DNA from: Octopus sinensis
Taxonomy: Eukaryota
Assembly (NCBI RefSeq): GCF_006345805.1
Contig: NC_043002.1
Coordinates: 117,428,001 to 117,492,000, forward strand
Direction of reading: 5' to 3'
Length of the DNA stretch: 64,000 nucleotides
Shown: one piece after another, positions 38,528 to 49,731 of the stretch
How positions within the stretch are numbered: position 1 is the stretch's first letter
How the letters are laid out: each line of letters starts with the position of its first letter
The notes under the pieces: generated by a model
What the model was told of the DNA's origin: nothing
Seen by the model: the letters and a program-made list of their open reading frames with translations, nothing else
Databases searched by the model: none
Made by a program: the position numbers and the translations under genes

Positions 38528-38915
38528 GAATTAGCAAAGCTAGTCAGAAGAACTAGGAAGGAATTCAATATGAATGGAAGACTCCACCCAAGGACAGGAG
38601 TAGCAAGATTATACTTACATAGAAAGGAAGGTGGAAGAGGGTTAATATCAGTAGAAGACTGCGTGGAGTTAGCTAGAGTAGATATAGACTCCTATATAGG
38701 TAATAGGGAAGAAAGTCTGCTAGAGTCACAGCAAGACAACGGGAAACCAAAAATCCAAACGAAGTTAAAAATCAGAAAAAAAGAACAGAAATTATCTGAC
38801 TGACAGGAGAAGGCGTCGCTGAGTAGATTCCGAAAGATAATCGCAGCAAAAAGTAGTAGTGAGATATGGTTATGGCTGCAGAGGAAAAAGCTGAAGAGAG
38901 AGACAGACACACACA
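38525..38915 (+). pseudogene. Fragment of a second R4-like family (post-RT region)
   Basis: MNGRLHPRTGVARLYLHRKEGGRGLISVEDC, then ..WLQRKKLKRET. Preceded by (AAT)n. Confidence 0.7.
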
Positions 38916-39299
38916 CAATGTGGCTCATGCTATCTTATAACAAAATCATATTAAATCTGTACATTTACTCCTCACAGTCGAATTACATTTGCAGAAAAGT
39001 AAACAAACCAAAACAATTTTTTTTTTACTTATCAATTACTTTTGGTAATCTAGTGAGATTTTTGTATACGTATTCAATTAAAACATAAAACCAAGGCACA
39101 ACTATCGACGAGACTACTCTCGTTTCATTTGACACATCAAGTAAAATTAAATTTATCTACTCTTTGAAATGATTCTGTTTTGAAACACGAAGAAGCTAGA
39201 AAAAGTCAAAAGTTGCCCCTACTATTTAATAATGGCAATGATGCCTGTCCTTGAGATACCTGTCCTGCTTTCTTGTGATATGTAATTGTAAAGGGACAA

Positions 39300-40800
39300 A
39301 CTCATTAATTATTCTTATCGCCAAGCTTGGGTAAGCCTCGATCTACTCACACTAAAGATGCATGTTATCCAACACAGGCTTTTCGAAATTAGGATTTTGG
39401 TGATTTCTTGAAAGTTAATGAAATTTCTTTTTTGCTGTATCACTCATCGTTTATGTGTCAAACGAGAAAGGGTTCTAGATCCAAGCGAATTCCATATTAT
39501 GTTTATCAATATCTGAGAAGTAATTCACAAAACTGATACTTTGTACTGCTCGTCTTAAAATATTTCCATAAGCAATATTTTATCATCTTCAATAAGAATA
39601 CAGCCATGGATTAGAAAGTTCACCAAATTTTCGTTTCTAATATAACAACTCCAAATTCATAATTGAATCTTACCTATATAGAAACATTTGATGTAAAAAC
39701 ATCAAAAAATAAATTCACGGTAATAATTACGCAATTATATAAATAATGATGTTTAATCCCAATAAAATAGCTTTCGAGCAGATTATAAGGTAAATGTAAA
39801 AATTTACGCTTTCCGCTTTTTATTCTTAATTGAAGATTATCTCCAATGTTAATAATGTCCACATACTTTCTGGTATTGAGACATTCAAATCATTGAATAT
39901 CGGCCAAATATTCCAGGCTAATGATATAATGTTCATTTTTAATGTTGTTTGCGAGAGGAAATTGTTGAAGCTTGAAGCATTCGAAAATTTCATGCCCTTC
40001 TTCTACTTCACATGCGTAAACACAGCCTCATCATAATTAACACATCTTTGTGTGATATATTGTTCGACTCCAATAATATAGTAGAATTTCTGAAATAGCT
40101 GATAAAATGCTTGGTCACGATGACTACATAACATTCTCATCATTTCTTTTAAGTTCTGGTAGAATTCGGTTTTGTTCTGTTTCAGTTTTGTCATGTAGAA
40201 GACAATATGCGATTTAGAGCTTTACTCTTGAGTAGGACAACTAATCCAGACATGACAGGAACTCCGCCCATACAAATACACCCAGTCAAATCCCATGATG
40301 GCTCATGGTGATCAAAAAACAGTAAGCTCATCTTGAACACGTCATCTGCTTTGATTGTTGTATCGAACCGATCACGAATAAAAAAAAAAGGAAACTTTTG
40401 CTCAATGTTCTTTTTCATTAATACTGCGTGTAGTTACGAGTAATTGATTTGTATTTGAAACGTCAGTTGATACATGAAGCTGGTTTTTTTGCAGGTTCGT
40501 TTTCAATATAATTGACAGCTTCAGTTGCAATGTCCCGACTCATGTCCTTAATTCTCTGGCGTTCGACGACATCGATCATAACGAATTCTATACAACCTGA
40601 AAGTACATATCAAGGTGTTAACATGATTTTCCCGCTTGTTTCTATATGTTCCCTCAGTGCTGGCGGTTTCAAATTTCCAGTCATCACCAAATGGCAACTC
40701 ATGCGTTGTGGGTTGGGATCTTTTCATTCCATCTTGTTTTTGAAACCCAAACAAATACATTCAATAATCTACTTCCGCTTTTTAACACATGCCATATCGG
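39300..40800 (-). pseudogene. Second, heavily decayed hAT Charlie/Buster-like transposase relic
   Basis: RQRIKDMSRDI (~40520-40555), TNQLLVTTRS, TIKADDVF..FF..W..GCICMGGVPVMSG. Edges uncertain. Confidence 0.55.
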
Positions 40801-40858
40801 AATAATGATGATGATGATGATAATAATAATGATAATAATAATAATAATAATAATAATA

Positions 40859-40898
<40 letters not shown>

Positions 40899-40899
<1 letters not shown>

Positions 40900-41452
40900 C
40901 CCTGATGCAGTACCAGGCAGTGGCTCTCATGGCTTCTGATCTTAACTGACTGGAAGTGTTATCATGTACATTGTTTTGTCTTGGTATAAAAGATGGGCTA
41001 CAGCAAATATTCTGCTCAATACCACAGGTTTGCTTGTCAGTTGTTTGACCTTAACCAGTTGAGCATGTCCCTTAGTGGCTGACGATATGTGCATCTCTGA
41101 TCACGAGCAGAAGTAGTGGGGGAGCATCATGGCCATGTGTTGAGAGGGATTCTTTGGAGTTTGAATGGTTCACCTCTGGAAACATAGGTGTTTCGTTCAA
41201 CATCCTAAAGCAACCCTTATTCAGGGACCGTTTGAGCAGGATGGGCTACTCAACCTGAAGAAAATTCTAACTGGGCCCCACCTGCAAGGTCATGTGTTGT
41301 TTATCTTGATATGAGATCACCATGTCGCGCACATATGGTTGTGATGCATGTGCCTGGTGTACCTTTATCAGACGGGTAGTCATGATGGGTATATTGGGCT
41401 TCGTATATTTTACCCCAGTGTCACTTTGATGGCATGAACTGCTCTCTCACTC

Positions 41453-41486
<34 letters not shown>

Positions 41487-42040
41487 TGCCATGATGCAGT
41501 ACCAGGCAGTGGTTCTCATGGCTTCTGATCTTAACTGATTGGAAGCGTTATCATGTACATTGTTTTGTCTTGGTATAAAAGATGGGCTACAGCAAATATT
41601 CTGCTCAATACCACAGATTTGCTTATCAGTTGTTTGACCTTAACCAGTTGAGCATGTCCCTTAGTGGCTGATGATATGTGCATCTCTGATCACGAGCAGA
41701 AGTAGTGGGGGAGCATCATGGCCATGTGTTGAGAGGGATTCTTTGGAGTTTGAATGGTTCACCTCTGGAAACATAGGTGTTTCGTTCAACATCCTAAAGC
41801 AACCCTTATTCAGGGACCGTTTGAGCAGGATGGGCTACTCAACCTGAAGAAAATTCTAACTGGGCCCCACCTGCAAGTCATGTGTTGTTTATCTTGATAT
41901 GAGATCACCATGTCGCGCACATATGGTTGTGATGCATGTGCCTGGTGTACCTTTATCAGACGGGTAGTCATGATGGGTATATTGGGCTTCGTATATTTTA
42001 CCCCAGTGTCACTTTGATGGCATGAACTGCTCTCTCACTC

Positions 42041-42071
<31 letters not shown>

Positions 42072-42604
42072 TGCCATGATGCAGTACCAGGCAGTGGTTC
42101 TCATGGCTTCTGATCTTAACTGATTGGAAGCGTTATCATGTACATTGTTTTGTCTTGGTATAAAAGATGGGCTACAGCAAATATTCTGCTCAATACCACA
42201 GATTTGCTTATCAGTTGTTTGACCTTAACCAGTTGAGCATGTCCCTTAGTGGCTGATGATATGTGCATCTCTGATCACGAGCAGAAGTAGTGGAGGAGAA
42301 TCATAGCCATGTGTTGAAAGGAATTCTTTGGGGTTTGAATAATTCACCTCTGGAAACATGGGTGTTTTGCTCCTCTCCCTTATTCAGGGACCTTTTGAGC
42401 AGGATGGGCTACTCAACTTGAAGAAAATTCTAATTGGGCACCCCCTGCAAGGTCATGTGTTGCTTATCTTGATATGAGATCACCATGTCGCGCACATATG
42501 GTTGTGATGCATGTGCCTGGTGTACCCTTATCAGACGGGTAGTCATGATGGGTATACTGGGCTTCGTATATTTCACCCCAGTGTCACTTTGATGGCATGC
42601 ACTC
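40899..42604. repeat. Three head-to-tail copies of a ~550-bp element separated by (AAT)n
   Basis: Copies at 40899-41452, 41488-42040 and 42073-42604, each gcc(c/a)tgatgcagtaccaggcag..ggcatg..actc. No ORF recognised. Confidence 0.93.
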
Positions 42605-42605
42605 A

Positions 42606-42639
<34 letters not shown>

Positions 42640-42644
<5 letters not shown>

Positions 42645-44258
42645 TTAGTGCTTGTGAAAGACTTACGCAGAAAGAATACAAGCGTAGACACGACAAAGTA
42701 GCCCAAAACCTCCACTGGCTACTATGCCGTAAGTATGGCTATAAAGTTACGGGTGCTTGGTACCAACATACACCGGAAAAGGTAGTGGACGAAAGGGGGA
42801 AGGCAAAAATCCTGTGGGACTTTGATTTCCAGACAGACAAAGTATTAGAGCACCCAAGACCGGATATAGTAACCTTTTGGAGGGACAAACAAGAGTGCCT
42901 AATAATCGAAAGAGAACAAGTTGATAAATATGGAGACCTGAAAATTGAGATCGCTAAGATGTGGCAGCTACGGCAGTCGAACATAAAGTTTATCCCGATT
43001 GTCATCGGAACATTAGGTTCAATACCACCTAATCTGAATAAAACATCTGAAAACCCTACAGATACCCTACCAGGCATTGTCAAAAATGCATTGCAGAGTT
43101 TGCAATAAATTTTTTTCGTTGTAATGAATTTATTGAATTTTATTTTATTTTTTTTGCAACAAATTAATTGCAATTTTCTTTCGTTGCAATAAATAATTGC
43201 AATTAATTGCAATGCTCTCCAGAAAATCCCCTTGTAAAACTTTTACCCATCCAAAAATGTCATTCTTTGCAAAAATAACAGAACATTTCTAATGAAAGCT
43301 CTACCTTCTCAATTTTGATTGATCTATTTCTTTGCTGCCCGAAAGATGTTTGGATCACCCACAATTTTCTAAAAATTCTTACACCGCCTGCTAGAATGAC
43401 AAAATTGACCACCAATGTGTGATATGACCTAGGATGGAAAAACATGCCTACAACGCTCCCCTTAGGGCCCAAACCACCCCAATCAAGACAGAACAAAAAA
43501 CGTATGAATGGAAAAGGGACGGTTTCATACTATTATCAATTTAACAATTTACATGACGGGATTGGATGAAACGATACGCGAAGCAAGTTCGTTATCCCAA
43601 AGATGGTCATTTACTCTTAAAAGCAGTTGCATACGGGTGATAATTGATGTCTTGTATCATCGAAGGCATTTGCTGCTACACTGAAGGACCTTTCAACCAA
43701 GTTAGTCGTTGGCAAAATGAATGCTGTATTAATATAACGTAGCTTCGACGCTTTTTGAGGACATTGCAAGCGAAGTTGTCCGATTCATCGTCCAAAACTG
43801 TTTCTTGTTCTGGTGTATTGGGCAGCTTTAAGGTTACAACAGATTTCCTTTCATCTGCTGCCAGCTCAGTGGCTTTTTGATTTTGTATTTTTACCAAAGA
43901 CTTCTCGAACAAAGGGAATTGGATTGCAATTAATTGTAATTAATTGCAATCTTCGCAATAAATTATGCAATAATCGTAGCTTCGCAATAAATTATTGCAA
44001 TTGAAAAGAGCTTAGTAGTAAATTAATTTATTGTAATTATTGCAATTAATTTTTGGCCAATTAATTTTTGACAACCTCTGTACCCTACAATCTAGATGTA
44101 TTGCAAAAGTCGATATTACTTGGAACTGCACACATATTGCCTAAAGTAGTGTCTGTCTGAGGTCCTTGTTGTGACTTGACAAACAGTACAAACCCCCGAC
44201 AGACACAATGTCTTCAATCAACAACCTCACGATATTGTATACTGTGCGACGTCTATTA
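42640..44258 (+). pseudogene. R4-like LINE 3' end (RLE domain + 3' UTR) interrupted by an hAT MITE
   Basis: VSACERLTQKEYKRRHDKV, ILWDF..RPDIV, IPIVIGTLG. After removing 43071-44088 the sequence reads LQIPYNLDVLQKSILLGTAHIL..stop. (AAT)n tail. Confidence 0.85.
43071..44080. mobile_element. hAT-type non-autonomous transposon, 1010 bp
   Basis: 8-bp TSD taccctac (43063-43070 and 44081-44088). TIRs CAGGCATTGTCAAAAAT / CAGAGGTTGTCAAAAAT. Clustered ttgcaat subterminal motifs at both ends. Confidence 0.9.
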
Positions 44259-44266
44259 TAATAATG

Positions 44267-44315
<49 letters not shown>

Positions 44316-44369
44316 CAACAACAACAACAACAGCAGCAGCAGCAGCAGCAGCAACAACAACAACAACAA

Positions 44370-44455
44370 CACAATATGTGCTCTGCAGGTCGGATACCCA
44401 ATATAGATTTGGATACCCAACAGTAGAACATAATTCGCATTACACACACTACACA
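44370..44455 (+). repeat. Dispersed repeat; a longer copy lies at ~63270-63552 (minus)
   Basis: cacaatatgtgctctgcaggtcggatacccaata.agatttggatacccaacagtagaaca.aattcgcattacacacactacac shared; both follow (AAT)n/(AAC)n. Confidence 0.85.
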
Positions 44456-44650
44456 AGGCCTGAAATTGTGGAGGACGGGGCTAGTCGATTGCATCGACCA
44501 CAGTGTTTCACTAGCACTTAATTTATCCATTTCGAAAGGATGAAAAGCAAAGTCGACCTCGGCAGAATTTGAACTCAGAATGTAACGACAGACGGCATAC
44601 CGCCAAGCATTTCGCCCGGCGTGCTAACGATTCTGCCAGCTCATCGCCTT

Positions 44651-44686
<36 letters not shown>

Positions 44687-44694
44687 AAATGGCA

Positions 44695-45095
44695 AATATG
44701 TGGCCCGTAGCAAACAAAGTGATGTTGACCAAACGCACACCCATCAGTGGTTACGTAGCTCAGGGCTAAAGGCAGAGAGCGAAGGCTTCAGCTTAGCTGC
44801 TCAAGACCAAAGCTTATTGATCTGGAGTCAGACAAGATAGCGTTGGCCAATATCTACACGAGTTAATACGTCGGCATTCTAAAATTAAAACTAATCGCCC
44901 TGAGGCTGTAACGGCCAGAAAAAAATTGCAAGACTCTTTGAGACTTTCCAGTACATACAGACAGAGCCATTAAAGCTAATAAACTAGATATTGTTGTAAA
45001 AAACAATTAAGTCTATTTATTAATTGCCGTGAGTATCCCTTGTGATTAAAATATTGCAGCAAAAGAATTTGACAAGCTCAGAAAATATAAACATA
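44695..45095 (+). pseudogene. Deleted R4-like fragments
   Basis: GKY..HQWLRSSGLKAESEGFSLAAQDQSL and PVHTDRAIKANKLDIVV..SIPCD..KEFDKLRKYK. Confidence 0.7.
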
Positions 45096-45721
45096 AACTA
45101 ACATTCTAAGAAAATAATGTCATAAAAAGATAAACACAAACAATTACTGGTCTGTCGTGTCTGTTACCGTTCCACATTAAAGGAAATTAGTGGCATACGG
45201 TCAGTTCCTTAGCACAGCGGGAAACTAAAACCTGTCCGCTTTGAGACTTTGGCTGTATACAGTAGTAGACAAAAGAGAGTTGTAATTGTTCAGATCTATC
45301 TTTTCACGACATTATTAGCCAAGAATATCAGCATATTTTCCTAAAAGTAGAGACAAATCTGTGGTTAGGAATGGAGTGAAGGAGAGCTTTCTTTCATTTC
45401 TATTTTTATTTCCATTTATGTTATTTTTTTCTTATATTTCCGTGTTGTGTCTCTTTATATTTCCGTGTTAAAACTATTTCAGTGGTGTGGGTATGAAACA
45501 GATTGAAACTAAAGATTACCTAGCAGTGTTTTGGACTCAACTTACCTGAAGACATGCATGCATACAACTATTGTTGGATCATATTAATGCAGTAATGTTT
45601 ATAATATATGTAACATCCAGCAATTACTCCATGATGCTGATGCGCAGAAACATTTGTAGTGATTTATAATAAAGCCCGTTCATTCCATCTTCTCATATTA
45701 AAATTCTTATATATATATATA

Positions 45722-46280
45722 TATTATATAAAATCTGTTCCGTCTGTCTGTGTGTGTGTCTTCCAGGATTCTAGGATCTCGGGCATCCTCCATCTGATTG
45801 CGCTCAAATTTGATGTGTAGATACCGACGGTATCAGGGCGTGTATAAATCTTGAAAAAATTACAAAAATCGATTCCAGGTGAGAATGCGATCGATAAAGC
45901 CGTGGGAACGTGCATTTGTACGTGCAAGTACATCAGCTGTTGCGATCGATACTACTCGTACGCGAGAAAAATGCACGTACAGTTTGAACAAAAAAAGCCG
46001 ACTGGCTTGAAATAATGCCACAAAATGCAATACATTTAAGCGACCAAAAAAGTAAGAAGCAAAAGAGATATTTTCTTCAAACTTGCCATGAAGGAAGGAA
46101 AGACTATTTGTTTTCTCAAGAATTTCTTTTTTTTTTTGCCTTAACTTCGTTTAACAAAACCAAAAATTTTATTGAAATAAAGGCATGCTTAATTATTTTT
46201 TAATGAAAAGAAAACACTGATTGCTTTTTATTCAGCAGATATGATTCAGCACCGTCCATTGGACGGGGGGCGTTTTGCGC

Positions 46281-46290
<10 letters not shown>
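45722..46290 (+). mobile_element. Non-autonomous Helitron-like element
   Basis: 5' tataaaatctgttccgtctgtctgtgtg.. similar in style to 8462; 3' hairpin ccgtccattggacgg (~46253-46267). Terminal CTAG absent. Confidence 0.5.
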
Positions 46291-46323
<33 letters not shown>

Positions 46324-46611
46324 GCTAAGCATATGTTCGGTCATAGAATGATCAAAGGGCTTAGTCCCGTGGACGACTCAATAAAAGTTTTGAAATCAAA
46401 GAATCTGTGATTTTCTCCCTTTCAAATCAAGGGGGTAACCTCGGCATAAATAAATATATTTTGGGGTAATTGGTTAAAAAAGTTCCCCGACGCCTTTTAT
46501 GGATGCGAAACCATTGGTCACTCTATGATCGGACAACTACTTAACTGCATATAGATAGATTACTGGTCTATGTTTTAGAATGTGCTTCTTTTTCGGATAT
46601 ATGATATACTG

Positions 46612-46651
<40 letters not shown>

Positions 46652-46653
<2 letters not shown>

Positions 46654-46810
46654 GGAGTAAACACATAAATGTGAAACAAAGTGGAAAAAAGAGTACTCAA
46701 ATACCAGAGGTAGAGTAATATGCTTTATTCTAGCAAAAACTGTCCGATGAACGGCAACGTGAAACTCAGAGTAACAGGTTTTGTTGAATTTTCTGCTGCT
46801 TTAAATAAAG
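46652..46810. mobile_element. 159-bp PLE-type mini foldback between (TA)n tracts
   Basis: Short inverted junction atgctttatt / aataaagtat; contains the hammerhead at 46740-46777. Confidence 0.55.
46740..46777 (+). ncRNA. 38-nt minimal hammerhead, U4C core variant
   Basis: CUGU-CCGAUGA-ACG(GCAA)CGU-GAAA-CUC(A)GAG-U-A-ACAG: stem I 4 bp, GNRA-capped stem II, near-palindromic stem III, GUA. Confidence 0.75.
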
Positions 46811-46831
46811 TATATATATATATATATATAT

Positions 46832-47735
46832 AAACTTAGATATGTTTCGACCAAAGATTGGTCCAGGCCATGTCTAACTTAATAGCACTACCTGATAGAA
46901 TTATCTAAATCCTTCTTAAGTCAAGGTTTGTGATATCATGATCCATTCGAGTTGGGAGTTCTCATTGAGAGAGTTGTATCCAGGTATGGGTGGCTTATTT
47001 GGTATTCCTTGAAGAAACTTGTCCAGATTCTGTTTAAAGGTAATGGGATCCTTTCCCTCTTTGATCTGTTTCGGGACAATGTTAAATAGTGCAGGGCCTG
47101 TTGAGGAAAAGAAATTGTGTTGCAGTGTGTTTATGTATTGTGATCCTGAATTGGGTAGGGGACGTATGGCCCGTGGTCCCAGCCTTGGATGAATTTTGAA
47201 GCTAATGTTGAGGTCGTTTGGGTATATACTCCACATCATGCAAATGATGTATCGCTCACGGCGATCCCAATAATCAAGATCAGTCATACCCTTAATTCTT
47301 TTAGTGAATGACCTCAGGGGTGATTCAATTTTCGGGATCTTTTGTTTTGTATGGGGAGACCATAGAAGGCAGCAGTATTCGTGGTGTGGCTGTACAAAGG
47401 AGGAGAAAAATGGAATGATGACACCTTGTTCTCCGGACTGGAAGATCCTTAGGATCCAGGAACTCATCCCACGAGCTATATCGACCTTATTGTTGATGTG
47501 GGCATTCCAATTGAGATTGTTATCAACAGTTACTCCTATGTCTCTGATATTATTAGATGCTGTGAGAGGTTCCCCTGAAGGAAGAAAGTATGGCTGTTTT
47601 AGCATAGTCTTTTTCCAAAATGCATCAGCTCAAATTTTCCCTCGTTTATTTGCCTTTTGTTTTTGTCTGCCCATTGATTCACAGCATGTAGATCAGACTG
47701 GTGGCTGTCCTATGCAGAACTATGTTACTACCTTT
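46832..47735 (-). mobile_element. CR1-like LINE 3' portion
   Basis: QSDLHAVNQWADKNK, IRDIGVTVDNNLNWNAHI, EYCCLLWSPH, RRERY, GPALFNIVP, FKQNLDKFL. Second 3' end at ~52227-52558(-). Confidence 0.85.
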
Positions 47736-48034
47736 TAATAACAGGGAAACATCTTTTCTAGCAGGTTATTGACACACAATCTGTGTCTGAAATATATTGT
47801 GAGCAAGGAATCGTACTACTCCCCTCTAGCTATTAGCAATAACAGCAGACCATGGTTTCTGAGTTATTTCTAATCATCGGTACTAGATAACTGCCGGTTA
47901 TAATAAACAGAGAAGCGGCAGACAATCGCTGATCTCGTAAGGAGTAAAACAGCTAGTTTTAAAATAAGTTTTATTGTTCACTATCGTTACTACTTAGATC
48001 TCACTCGGAGATTTTAAAACTATCCGTTTTCCCT

Positions 48035-48108
<74 letters not shown>

Positions 48109-48124
48109 ATATATATAAAATAAA

Positions 48125-48662
48125 TATAAGAGAGTGGTCACTATATGGCTCACTCTAGCACCAGTTAATCCAAAAGGTTTCAACCACAAAAATACATGTT
48201 TCCCATGAAAGTCAGTACGATTGTTAGCTCACACGGACAGGGCAAATAAAAAATAACAAAACTACAGATTATTTTGGGACAATTGTTTCGCTATTAATGA
48301 ATTAAATGTAATTTTACTTACAAAAAAATCCACTTGTAGCTCCTCAGCCAAAACTATCTGGATGAAATCCACTCAATCACACGCCAGATTTTACCATAAC
48401 GATAAATACGCGTGTGGTTCAATTGATTACATCCGACGTTATAATTCAAATGCCCCAACTAACAGCGCGCCAAATTTTCACGGAAAACAAATACAGCATT
48501 TAGAAATAAATGCAGCATAATTATAATTAATTAATAAGGGTGAGAGAATTAGATACTAATTTAATAGTATATCTATTCTACACCAAGTGGCCTAGTGGTC
48601 CGAGAAACCTATTATACTAGATATACTATTAAATTAGTATCTAATTCTCTCACCCTTATTAA

Positions 48663-48670
<8 letters not shown>
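48125..48670 (-). mobile_element. Non-coding PLE-type element with hammerhead and terminal 53-bp inverted repeat
   Basis: Bounded by (TA)n on both sides. Perfect inverted repeat 48523-48575 / 48618-48670. Confidence 0.6.
48272..48353 (-). ncRNA. Type I hammerhead ribozyme, canonical core
   Basis: Stem I UUUUGG:CCAAAA; CUGAGGA; stem II GCUA:UAGC enclosing a ~43-nt insert; GAAA; stem III palindrome ACAAUUGU; GUC triplet. Confidence 0.85.
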
Positions 48671-48739
<69 letters not shown>

Positions 48740-48747
48740 ATATATAT

Positions 48748-48793
<46 letters not shown>

Positions 48794-49014
48794 TATATAT
48801 ATCTCGAGATCGTGGTTTCAATTGTTAGACTGTGTGGTGCGTTATGTTGTTGAGCAAAACACTTCATCTCACGTTGCTCTATGATCACTTCGACACCTGA
48901 CGTGCACCTATTCAGAGAACGTTGATTTGATGGAGAGAGAGAAAGAGAGAGGGAGAGAGAGAGAGAGAAAGACAGAGGGAGAGAGAGAAAGAGAGAGGCA
49001 GAGAGAGAGAGAGG

Positions 49015-49094
<80 letters not shown>

Positions 49095-49244
49095 TTAATG
49101 AGGGGCACGAACATTTGATTACTATAAACAAATCATTTGTGCAGGTCGTTCGGCAAAAAAGCTGAACGCTCATACGTCTAGTGGGGATGTTATAAAGATA
49201 ATTTATGACCCCACTGTATACAGAAATTTGGTAGTCGTTCATTA

Positions 49245-49294
<50 letters not shown>

Positions 49295-49398
49295 ATACAC
49301 ATACATACACACACACACATATATTTATATGTATGTATATACATACACCCATTGTACATTGCTAAGGTGTAATTATTTCCCTGCTTCCTTTCTTTCTT

Positions 49399-49440
<42 letters not shown>

Positions 49441-49653
49441 TCTGCAATGAATTATTCACACATACACGCGAATACTCACATAAAATACATTCGCACATAG
49501 CATAAAACACAAACATCATTGACAACAGATATAGGTTATCAATGTCTTCGTATGTTGTACCTTTGGTTGCTATTGGCAATAGTGTTTACCACTGTCAACA
49601 ACCCCACTTCATAAACTCCATCACTATCCTCGCCCGTCTAAAACACACGCACG

Positions 49654-49731
<78 letters not shown>

